The notes under the pieces are model-generated. The model saw only the letters and a list, made by a program, of their open reading frames with translations, was not told the DNA's origin and ran no database searches. A DNA stretch of 62,565 nt, counting the filler, from Chiloscyllium plagiosum (Eukaryota): the NCBI RefSeq assembly GCF_004010195.1. It is 5 parts of one record of this genome, joined end to end, with 100 filler letters (N's around TTAATTAATTAA, not from the genome) between each part and the next. Parts side by side here need not be neighbours in the genome. Positions count along the whole stretch, not along the records: positions 1 to 28,180 come from NC_057717.1; 4 more parts are not named here. The stretch is one strand, 5' to 3'. Each line of letters starts with the position of its first letter. Positions within the stretch are counted from its first letter, which is position 1. Shown piece after piece: positions 15,118 through 25,869 of the stretch. The translations under genes were made by a program, and so were the position numbers.

Positions 15118-15379
15118 ATGATTGACAAAGATTACACACCACTTCCGTGGTTTTGTAATACACATTTCAATTTATGGAGCTCAGTATGGTGAGTGTATCT
15201 TATTTCTTTGTACTTCCCATAGTTTATTATGGACAGAAAATCATATTTGTCCCCGTATCTTGTGTTCAATAAACAAATTTTACTCCTCATTCCTCTCTTC
15301 AGATGTATCCTTGAATCTGTTCTTCATATGAGTTATAAAGAGTAACATTCCAATACTGATGACTGGGGAATATTATTGT
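15118..15379 (+). pseudogene. Possible relic of an Ig-superfamily (TCR/Ig V-like) segment: leader exon, 114-bp intron, internally deleted V exon
   Basis: ATG at 15118. Leader-like MIDKDYTPLPW(F)VIHISIYGAQY needs one frameshift. Donor G|GTGAGT at 15189. Strong pyrimidine tract with AG at 15301-15302. The exon then reads DVSLNLFFI*VIKS-NIPILMTGEYYC. No convincing RSS. Confidence 0.3.
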
Positions 15380-15603
15380 CCCTCCCTCCTGTCTGAACTG
15401 CCATGTCACACAATTCTCTCTGTTTCCTGTCTCCTCCATAATGCCATAATCACACTGTAATTGAAGTCCAGTAAATGACACTTCATCACAGTTCACTAAC
15501 ATCGATAACGTCAGGAGCACAGGCCTCATCTGCCCCTTTCCGAAACTGGAATAACAATCTGAATTGCATTTGTCACGTTCAATTGTCTGTTAACGTATCC
15601 ATG

Positions 15604-15794
15604 ATGGAAATGTGTTGCTGGAAAAGCGCATAAGGTCTGGCAGCATCTAGGGAACAGGAGAATCGACGTTTCTGGCATTGGCCCTTCTTCAGCCCTCCTC
15701 CTCTCCTGTTCCCTAGATGCTGCCTGACCTGCTGCGCTTTTCCAGCAACACATTTCCATCTCTGATCTCCACCATCTGCAGACCTCGCTTTCTC
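15604..15794. mobile_element. Penelope-derived hairpin insertion with 17-bp TSD
   Basis: TSD CTGTTAACGTATCCATG at 15587-15603 and 15795-15811. Arms ATGGAAATGTGTTGCTGGAAAAGCGCA...CTAGGGAACAGGAGA and TCTCCTGTTCCCTAG...TGCGCTTTTCCAGCAACACATTTCCAT are reverse complements. Confidence 0.9.
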
Positions 15795-16311
15795 CTGTTA
15801 ACGTATCCATGCCATTTGTCTGTTATAACCCCATGTTTCTCAGACACACATTCCCCTCAGATCATAAACTACAAAAAATGTCTCAATGTTTAAATGTTTA
15901 ATTGAAATTATGATGCTTGATCAATAGTTCCAGGATGTATGCTTCCATTCGTAATCAGAGACGCGTGCTTACGTTCTGATAAACTTATGGCATTTCTCCT
16001 GCATCCAAGACAGATTGAATGGTTACACTCAATTGATCTACTAGCCTCAAGATTTGTTCCATCAGTCACCCTCACATAGCCCTTCCAGAAAATGACAGTT
16101 TGAATCATTGTTTTGAATTTGAATAAAACAATATTGAATTGAAAGGCGTTGGCTGGAGCTATTTGTTCAGTGACTGTGATTGATGTCAGTCTCCGTGGAT
16201 CCGAGATGTGTCACTGGAGGGTTTGCCTCTTCTATTAATTAAGGACTCGGTTCAATGTGTTATCCCAGTATAGGCGGGATCATCAATGACTGGACTAACA
16301 GGGATCAGTAG

Positions 16312-16501
16312 CTCGAGAGACAGGGGAGGAGAGATCAGAATCTGAGAACATTAGACTGGAATATTACAACAGACAGGAGTTTATCCTTGGGTCTTTACTA
16401 CCTTTCTCAGCCTTGGATATCGTTAGCATCAAGGATCGAAGATATCCTTTGGATTATTCAAGGTAGTTACTATCCCATCCTCGCTATAGTTGGTGTTCCA
16501 G
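16312..16501 (+). pseudogene. First coding exon of a shark-type GPR139/GPR142-like orphan GPCR (N-terminus and start of TM1); start codon missing, exon 2 not seen
   Basis: The frame from 16321 reads QGRRDQNLRTLDWNITTDRSLSLGLYYLSQPWISLASRIEDILWIIQGSYYPILAIVGVP, followed by the phase-1 donor G|GTAAGT at 16502. The YYPxLAxxGVP motif with an intron at this position matches my recollection of the expanded chondrichthyan GPR139-like family. An in-frame TAG lies at 16309-16311 and there is no in-frame ATG. Confidence 0.75.
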
Positions 16502-16944
16502 GTAAGTCATTCCATCTGACCATTAAGCTGAGTTGAACTGAATTGCTGTTCATATTCAAATTTTAAAATTTGGAAGTCATAATTTTCAGATCCAGTCAAA
16601 CATTTTATTCCTTACTGATTTTAACTAGCAAATTACTATTCACAACTTACTCAACAATACGCGAGGAGAAACCAGACTGTTCCTAATCTCCATTATCTTT
16701 TTTCTTCATTCATATTTACATTTCTGCATATTCTCCCCACTCACCAATCCTGCCGAAGACCATAAAAAGGATATTTCAGTCACCTTCTCAGCCTCAGTGC
16801 AACTGCTGAATAATCCATCGTTTGTGCCTTAGGTAAATCCAGATATAACCATTTCTAGTCCCTTCAAACTTTGCTTATGTCACAAAATATTTGCACTTGA
16901 GATGGGTAATTTGTCCTCTCCACAGAATCTGTCAGATGGACAGA

Positions 16945-17270
16945 CAGTGCATGGTGGTCAAGTCATTTACTCATAATCAAGCGGCACAGAATAATAATCT
17001 GTTGGTGTCTCCTGAAGGAAGTTGATGAAATGCAAATGAAATCAGCACCCCTAGTTTTTAACAGAAGCATATCTATTTGCCTCATGTCCTATAGAGAAGG
17101 CAATGGGTTATCCTTTCATGTTCAGGTCTCTGTGTGACTGCAAACCCACAGCAATGTGGTTTACTCTTCATTATCCTGTGCAACAGCTGAATCAGCCACT
17201 CAGTTCAAGATCAGCATAACATGCTGGCCTGACCAGGGCTGCACACATCCCGTGTGGGAAGAACAAAAGG
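16945..17270 (+). mobile_element. Old shark tRNA-derived SINE (SacSINE1-like), diverged
   Basis: Contains GTGACTGCAAACCCACAGCAATGTGGTTTACTCTT...AGCCACTCAGTTCAAG...ATGCTGGCCTGACCAG...CACATCCC, homologous to the copy at 62297-62441. The family name is from memory. Confidence 0.6.
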
Positions 17271-17479
17271 AAGGATAGCTCCCTTCTTCTGCCTGATTTC
17301 CATGTTACTGCAAGTCATTTCTATTCAGGTAGGTGACCATTCCCTGTTTCAAGTGAATTCTTTCTGATTGAGTCTCCCTCTGAACGTGATATACATCTCC
17401 ACCGACACCTCTGGTGATGACTGACGCACAGATGAAAGAAACTTCAAAATTCCACATCTTTCTCAATGCAGAGAAAAGG

Positions 17480-20400
17480 AATGGCTTTTTGTACCATAGG
17501 AAAGAAGCTGAAACAGCTAAGCGAGGGAAGAGAATTATTGTGATCAATCCTAGAGTGCTGCTGAGATAGTATTTGGAGTATTGTGCACAGATTGTCTCTA
17601 CTTTATGAGGAATAGTCCTCTTGGCAGAAAGAATATAAAGGAATTTCACCAGACTAATTGTTGGGATGATTGTACCATCGGGAGTGCATGAGGATTAATT
17701 TGTTGCGCTTTGAAGAATAAGAGGTGATTGTATTGTAACTTAAGGTGATGGACAGTCACTCATTATATTCCAAACAGAACTGATACGGTGATAACTTCCA
17801 TGTTTTTTTACTTGGTTTACATGATTATCGGTGGCTTAAAAGACTCTGAGAACGTTCCTCTCAGTCCACGCCACTCCCCATCTCGATTGAGAGAGAGGGA
17901 GACAGTCTTTAACGATACTCTTCCAATGTTAATACAGTCCATTTGGTGTGTGATCATACATAGAACTTCACGTTATCCACCAGCGCGACAGGAGCTACAA
18001 TACCTTCATTGTAAAACAGTTAACTATCCCCACCAGCTTATGATCCCCACGGAAAACATGAGTCTGTCTTCTTGGAGATGGAAGATGCCTCCTTGAGGCT
18101 TGGCAGAAAACATTTGACTTCCTTCCTCACTGCCGGCAAAACACGTTAAAGTATCATTGGTTCCACAGGCAATGGAGTCACGAGGAACATTGTGAGCAGT
18201 CTATGAGTGCCGTATCTGCTCCATTCGTTTTCCAGGTTGGAGCATCAATGACACCCTCCTATTCCTGTGTAAGTGTCTCGAGGGGTGACTGGTCTCCTCC
18301 TGGTTCCATAGAACAGGTTTAGTGGTCTTACTGGACTCTGCCTGTTCCTGTTTAACAGCTCAATATACTAACCAGACGCCACCTCTTCCTGTGGAGCAGG
18401 CAGGAGGATTGAATGGGCTGTCCCTCTTCTTGTTCACTCATTTCCATGGGCTGAATAGTTTCCACATATCCGGGTGTAACTAGCTTGAGGTGCTGAATGA
18501 GCTCCTCAATTAACTGTGGAAATGTGCAGTGCCTGGCCGTTCTGTTACATGAATGTTACCGACACTTTAACTGCACAAACGTGAATGTTGTTTGGGTCTT
18601 GCTGAATATGGACACAGACCGGTTCAGGAGCTGAGTGGGGACAAAATGTTCTAAATATTGTGTGATCTTCAGTGATCACTCCGCTTCTGATCTTGGGATA
18701 GATGGGGTGCGCCGGGAATGGGGCACATAAACGTTGACGAAGGAGCTGAAGATGTTTGTGCTGAGGAAGTTAATCTGAGGATCTCTTGAAAAGATGTCCC
18801 GGGACTGAGAGGATTGTCGGCCACCGATCACTTTCATCTTCCTTTGTGCTCTGAAAGACCCCAACCAGTGAGGAGTTAGACCTGATTCTCATTAAGCTCA
18901 AATAAGTAGGTGGTCCCGATGACATCCTCAGTCAACTACTGCCTTGATATCAAGGCCATTCACTCTTTCCTGAGCCCCTGTGTTCACCTCTTGTTCATAT
19001 CAATAGGTAACGGTGTATGTGTAGAGAGTGTTTTCCTCTCACAGAGGGTAATCACTGTCAGGAATTATCTGGACTAGAGAGTTAGGGGAGCTACATCACT
19101 GGAAGTATTTAAAGAGGTGGTACATGAATCTTTGACCTGTCAGAGAGCTGTGGAGTGTGAAGAACTGGGCATTAAGGAGGAGTTAATGCTAACAGTAGAT
19201 TAGCCATGATCGTATACAATGGCTGGACCGTCCGAATTACCTATTCCTGTTCCTTATGATTTCATTTTCTGTAATTTCAAAGTAAACGGCTGTAATTTTC
19301 CAGGATGTACTGTTATTGTATGTTGTAATCAGAGAGAGCAAAGCATTTTTGAGTCATCTCTGAGTGAGGTATGGAGCTTTATTCATAACGAATCCTGATG
19401 TAGACCAAGATCAACAAATGAAGCACAAGTTGCAGAGAGGGGGCACTCTGTAAACAGACCAGAGGCGTCTTTCAAAACCAGACTGGATTTCTAAATAACA
19501 TTTTCCAATCCGTACCAATCTGTGTGTAACAGTTGTGAGTGATTAAATGAGATCCTGTGTTACTGTGGACCAGGTATTCGGAGCAAGTGGCCCCCATCTG
19601 CACCTTGCAGGAGCTGTGAGAGGCTGAATGCACCATAGTGACAAGGGACTGTGGAGCAAGAGTGGGTCATCAGACACTTTGTCACGGCTCTACCATGCAC
19701 TATGATCTGATTAAGGTCTCAGCAGCACATTTCTTTCAGTGCACCATTTCCCTACATGCATTTGTCTTTCAAATGTGTTGCATAGACAATTTTGAACAAA
19801 TGGAAATATCCAGGCATCACAATTTTCTGTGGAAGGGAATTCACACCTTAACAACCCTTTCAAAATCTCTTGTTCGTGTTCTGACCAATGTTGGAGAGTC
19901 ACTCATGTCTTTTCCCACTCCTCTATTGGTGAAAGCAAATTTTAAATGTAACCAGTTGAGTGCTGCGTCCAATGATATAGGTATCGGACTCGGTAATTTT
20001 CTAGAAAAATCTGAGACACAGAAAGTTGAACTGTGAACAAATGGTAAAATGATAGAGTCTCTCAAATATGTTTCTGACTTTGAATTTATTCTGCTCACAC
20101 AAATGTCTGGGAATACGGATTTCTTCCCGGAACAGTTGGATTTGGCTGAATTCCCTTTGCTTCGATTCCTATGAATCCTCATCCACGAGTGGTAAAGATG
20201 ACTCAGGACTTTTCTGCTCTCACGCCTTGTTTTCAGGCAGAACAAAGTAAGAGAGAGAGAGAGACCAATTGGCTGCTGCTTCTGAAGCAAGTAATATTTT
20301 TCTCCGTCTCTGTGTGGAAAAATACAAGAATGTCAACTGAACACCAAACTGGACCATGTGCACTCTCCATGTACATTCTCTGGAATGGGTGATAATAGAC

Positions 20401-21340
20401 TATCTGCTGTATGCAGCATCATTGCAGTTGTTGTGCACAGTGCCTTGCATTAGCAAATGAAAATAACGTGCCCGCTTTATGATTTGATGAGATGCTTATA
20501 TGCATCTGCGTATTTTTTTAAAATGGGTTGATATCTTTATAATATTTGTGTTAATACCAATGCATCTCATTCAAAAAAATATTATCTAGCTTTAGTCTTC
20601 TTAACAAGAGAATATATGTATCCAGCTGAAAGACTTCTCTGAAAATCGTGGTTCAGTTAGATTTCTCATCTAAGATCTAAACAGATAATCCCCGATAACA
20701 AAAGGCCTTCATTTCAGGAATGAGTAAAGGGAAGCATCTTTGAACATCTTTGAAAGGAATTGTATCCGTTCTTTTTTGTTTAGAGGATCAGAACTGCACC
20801 CAGTGTATCTGATGTGGTCTCAGAAATGCCCTGTACAGATACAGTGAAATATTCCTAATTAAACCCAATACCCGTTGCCACAAGCAGCATCATTCCACTT
20901 ACCTTACGAATCACATGCTGCATCTGCAGACAGACTTCATATGATTCATGTACCAAGAATATGAAAAACATCTGCATCACAGAGTTCTGCAATCTCTCTC
21001 CATTTAAATTGCTCCCGACTGCAATAGACAAATCATATTATATTATTTCTGCTGAGGGTATGCTCACTAACCTTCCCAGTCTACATCATAATGCATATTC
21101 CTCCATTTGAATATCTATTGAACGTGTTTTGGTGTACTAGGTAGTTCAGTTTTGATCCATTCAGTCCCTTCATCCAGATATTTTACATAGGTTATTGATC
21201 ATTGATGACCATACAGTGATCTCTGAGACAAAACTAGTTATAGTTTTCTTTAAAAAATCAGTTATCTCTACTGTCTATTTCCTGTTAGTGATAGCATCCC
21301 TGTTCCTGTGCAGCAGTTCAGGCGGGCTGAATGGCCTCGT
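17480..21340 (+). repeat. Segmental duplication module, copy A (mosaic of old LINE fragments and unique sequence)
   Basis: Colinear similarity with 38170-41650 (direct) and 42387-46440 (inverted), e.g. CTTCTTGGAGATGGAAGATGCCTCCTTGAG (~18068) and CAACAAATGAAGCACAAGTTGCAGAGAGGGG (19412). Confidence 0.9.
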
Positions 21341-21493
21341 CCTGGGCTGTGTAATGTACCCAACGAGCTGAATTACTTCATCCTATATTCCTGTGTAATT
21401 CTTTGGAGGGGCAGAATGGTCTCCTCCCGTCTCATTGTAACGATCCAGTCTGGCTGAATGGGATGGTCCTCTACCCTTTAATCGCACTGAGGG

Positions 21494-21656
21494 GTGGATT
21501 GAGGCAACAACACATGGGTTCGGGGCAGCAGTACATCTCTGTAAGAGCCGGGAGCGTGGACTGAGGGAACAACACATGGGATAGGGGCAGCAGTATATCT
21601 CTATAACGGCCGGGACGGTGGATTGATGGAACACCACATTGGAAAGGGGCAGCAGT
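21494..21656 (+). repeat. 62-bp minisatellite, ~2.6 copies
   Basis: GTGGA(T/C)TGA..GAACAACACATGGG...GGGGCAGCAGT begins at 21494, 21556 and 21618. Confidence 0.85.
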
Positions 21657-22344
21657 TGGCCATTTGGTGGCACCATTCAGAATTCCCATGGCTGATCCGA
21701 ATGTGTCTGACCATCCGTCTCCTGTCTGTTCCCAATAAACATTGACTCTCCTGTCCGGCAAAGATCAGTCAAGCTCAAACTAAAATACCTAAATTAACCG
21801 AGTCTTCATGCTCCATGAGGATGAGGACACCACAGATAGATCAACAGTAAAGGGAAAGGGACATCCTTCTTTCATTATGGGACACATTTTAAAAAAATAC
21901 TGTGTCAACCACATATGAAATCACTGCCCGTTTTCGGATAAAGTGGTACAATAACTAGGAATAGACATTAACCATTCTGCCCTCCAATCTTTTCCCACAT
22001 TACCACTGACTGTTTCCAATCAAATATGTTGCTGCTGCTGTCTTAGGAAGAGAATACTTGATAGCATAACACCACACGAGCATTAAATAAAGGAGCAGAA
22101 TTAGTCTATTTGGCCTATCGAGTCTGATATACCATTCAGTCATTTCTAACTTGTTCTTCAACATCATTCTCCTACCTTCTCCCTAGAATCATTGATCTCC
22201 TTATAAATCAAAAACTTATTTATTTGTGTCTTAATGGCACTCGTGTCTGTGTCTTAATGTGTATCTAAGTGTGTGTGTGTGTCCATGTGCTTGTTACTTT
22301 TGTATTTGTGTGACTATGTCTGTCTGTCTTTGTATCAGCCTGTT

Positions 22345-22920
22345 GTGAATATAATAGTTCCAGCACCGACCCCTGAGGCATTCCACTCATCACAGGCCTC
22401 CAGTCCGACAAGCATCCTTCCACGATTGCCCTCTTCTTCCTATCATCAATCCAATTTTGGACCTAATTTGCCAGCTCCCCCTCAATTCCATGTGATCTAA
22501 CCTTCCAGAGCAGCTACCATGTGGAACCTTATTGAAGGCCTTACTGAAATTCATACAGACTATGTATACAACCATGCCCTTGCCAAAGTTACTGGTCACT
22601 TCATCAAAGCAGTCTAACAAATGTGTGAGACATGATCCCCCATTCACAAAACCCTGTCTTTCCAAATGCATGTATATCTTCTCCCTCAGAATCTTCTCAA
22701 GTAACTTACCTGCTACAGATTTTAGGTTTACTGGTCTATAGTTCCCCGGTTTTTATTTGTAGCCCTTCGTGAATAACGGCACAGCATTCACTACCCTCCA
22801 GTCCTCCGAGATCTCACCCATTGGCTCCCGATGGTGCAAAAGTACCAACCAGAGCCCCGCTATTTGTTTCCTGTCCTCCAGCAGTGTTCCTGAACATATA
22901 TGGTCAGGACCAGGAGATTT
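22345..22920 (-). mobile_element. CR1 LINE RT fragment
   Basis: ORF 22390-22671: QGFVNGGSCLTHLLDCFDEVT...MNFSKAFNKVPHG. Confidence 0.88.
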
Positions 22921-22999
22921 ATGGAAATACTACAAATTCTGAAAAATATGTCTATTTATTTCAGGTAAAACACCCAAGAGTAAGAAAGTGAGTTAACAA

Positions 23000-24330
23000 T
23001 GATTAGCATAGTAAATTAAAGATTATATTAATCACAGGAAGTGACTTCAGAAGAATTCCAGACATTGTGGAATCCTGGGAATTCTCAGAAATTTATGAAA
23101 AGGGGGGCCATGAAACGGGTAAGGAAATCAAAAAGCGAACATGCATGCAAAGAAACAAGAACACAAAGATGCATAAATCTATTATCTATATTTCAAAGGA
23201 AAGAGAAAGCAAAATCAAATGAGGAAATCTGCAATCAGGAGAGACGAGCTTATTATGGATAACAGGGGAATTGCCAAGCAAATAACTAATTACTTTGCAC
23301 CTGTTTTCATGGAGGAAGATCCAGAAAATCACCCAGAAATTCGACGTCACCACATAGGACTTGTGGATCGAAAGACATAAAGTCAATGTAGAGCAGTAAC
23401 AAGGCTCTACTTGAACATACAGCTGGATTGAGCATTGCTAACCTTGACAAACCAGATGTACTTCAAACCAAAATCTTCAGAAACAAACCACTAATAGAAG
23501 TATTAGTTGCACTGTCGATGACTGTGTTCTATTACCCAATGCATTCTGCATAGTCTGGATCCAAGCACTATAGATGAACGGTAGTTATCCAAGCATCTAC
23601 AAAGGGAAGAAAAGATAGTGTGGAGAACTGCAGACCAATAACGTGACATTTGTGGGGAAACTGTTGGAATCTATTATATAGGATGTGATATTCGTTATTT
23701 AGAAATTAACAGCAACATTGGAGAGAATCAGTATGCATTTCTGAAAGGGCAATCATACTTGACAAGCTTTGGAATTGTTTGAAGTTGATTCTTACAGCAT
23801 AGATAATGGGGAACCAGTACAATTGGCATATTTTAGATTATCAGGAGCTTTCTATCAGAACTCACACAATGAGTTCATAAATGCAATGAATGTGAAGTGT
23901 ATTTGGAGGAATATATGCAAGTGGTAAGTTAAAGTTTGGATTGCCTTCCTTTAAGGGAGTCAGAATATAGATGTAAAGACATGTTGAAGCAGTTTAACAG
24001 CGTGTTGGTGAGTACTGAACCTGGAATATTGAGTACAGTTTTGGTCACCAAATCTGAGAAAGAATATACTGACCACAGAGGGAGTTCAATGGACATTCTC
24101 CAGACTAATCCCTCAATTGGCGAGATTGCGTGATGAGGAAACTCCGCTGTGTTCTCGAGAGTTTCAAAGAATGAGAGGGTGGGTCACTGTGAAATGTATA
24201 AAATTCACAAAACATGTGACAAGTTGGAAATTATCAGGATGTTTCTCCAGCTGCCTAATACACAATCAAGGGAAATAATGGCAGGATAAAGGACAGACCA
24301 TTTAAGACTGCAATAAGGAGGAAATTCTGC
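23000..24330 (+). mobile_element. Old CR1-like LINE ORF2 fragment; approximate ends
   Basis: Degenerate N(Y)RP / GKLLESII / HAFLKGQSYLT-like stretch at ~23620-23770 and CR1 3' motifs (GAGTACAGTTTTGGTCACC, GAATGAGAGG). Confidence 0.65.
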
Positions 24331-24354
24331 ACACGTAGGGGACGAACTAACACA

Positions 24355-25710
24355 GGGGCATGGAAACCTGCTGGCAGGGCAAGATTAGGGAGAATTCCCA
24401 GATAATATACAAGTGTGTCCAGCGGAACAGAATGACCAGGGAACAGGTAGGACTCATTAGTGACTTGCCAAATTGCAGCCAAATGAGGTTTAGTGGTAGG
24501 AGACACAAGGTGGTGGTTGACTGCTTGTGTGACTGGAGGCCAGTGTCCAATGGTATACTACAGGGATCAGTGCTGTGTCCATTATTAGTTGTGATTCGGA
24601 GCTGCTGGTGTTGAACTGGGTGGACAATGCTAAAAATCGCATAACACCAGATTATAGTCCAACAGGTTTATTCGGCGGCACAAGCTTTCGAAGTGCTGCT
24701 TCTTCATCAAAGCGCACAATCACCTGATGAAGAAAGTTAGTGCCTCCGAACAAACCTGTTGGACTCTAACCTGATGTTGTGTGATTTTAAACTTTAATAT
24801 TTGTGGTACTCATAAATGATGTCGCTGTGAATATGGACGAGGGGTGGGGAGTGTGATAAGTAAGTTTGTGATGGATACGCAGATTGGCCAGTTGGTTGGC
24901 AGTGAGGAGAAAGGCCCTATGTTACAGGAAGATACAGATGGAATGGTCAGCTGGGAAGATCAATGGCAGATGGAATGTAAACCTGATAAATATGAGGTGA
25001 TGCACTTTGGCAGAAGGAACCTGACAGGGGAGGACTCAATGAATGACAGCACACTAGGAAGGTCAGAAGGTGCTTGTCCACACATCCCTGAATGTGATGG
25101 AAAGGTTCATACACAATTTGGGAAAGCATAGGGGACTGTAAACATAACCTTGATTCATTGAGGCACATAAGGGCTATGCGGAACTTTGGTGATGCCAAGA
25201 TGGAATACTGTGTGTAGTTCTGGGAATCACATTACAGGAAGGATGTGACTGCACTGGAGGGGGTGCAAAGGAGATTCACCAGGATGTTCCCTGCGATGGA
25301 GCACATCAGCTATGGAGAGAGGCTGGATAAGCTTGGGTTCTTTAGTTTGGAGGAGAGGAGGCTGAGTGGGACGTGATTCTGAAGGATAGGATTACGAGGA
25401 GCATGGACAGTGTGGATGGACAGCAGCTGTTCCTTTTAGTCAAAGGGCCACACTTTTAAAGTGAATGGTTTGCGGTTTAGTGAGGGTTTGAGGATTGCTT
25501 TTCACCCAGAGTGTGTTGGGGTCTGAAATGCTTTTCCTGAAATGCATTTCTTGAGAGGCGAGTTGTCATGGTAACCTCAAAACTATGAGAAAATACCCGG
25601 CAGTGCACTTGAAATGCCTTAAGATTCACGGCTATGGTTATTGTGTCGCGAAGTGTGTCTAATGTAGACCGTGCTGTATTTCTGATAGTACAGAGTCTTT
25701 GCTTCTGTGA
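24355..25710 (+). mobile_element. CR1 LINE RT and 3' end
   Basis: Motifs WRPVSNGILQGSVLCPLL and ISKFVMDTQIG..WQMECKPDKYEVMHFGRRN, followed by a CR1 C-terminus. Confidence 0.85.
24593..24795. mobile_element. Second Penelope-derived hairpin family inserted in CR1
   Basis: AACACCAGATTATAGTCCAACAGGTTT (~24644) and AAACCTGTTGGACTCTAACCTGATGTT (~24752) are inverted. Central CACCTGATGAAG; the minus strand has a TGATGAAGAAGCAGCACTTCGAAAGCT hammerhead-like remnant. Confidence 0.7.
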
Positions 25711-25869
25711 TTGTATGGCTGTGGAAGGCCAATCACTGAGTATCTTAAAATAGGAATTGATAGGTTTCTGAAGAATATCTTAACAAAGTTTATAAGACAG
25801 AACTTGTAATATTTTCTGAAAATATGTCAATGTCAAAATTAAGGGAAATAAATGTGCAGCTTTCCTACG

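Noticed and set aside
17030..17037. Octamer ATGCAAAT as an Ig promoter (also ~29439, ~36348)
   Set aside because: The sites lie within or beside SINE, LINE or LTR-derived sequence, and no leader or V exon follows at the expected distance.
19841..20290. 149-aa minus-strand ORF as a secreted peptide precursor
   Set aside because: It has a non-ATG start and no recognisable family, and the paralog at ~43450-43890 has stops and indels in the same frame.
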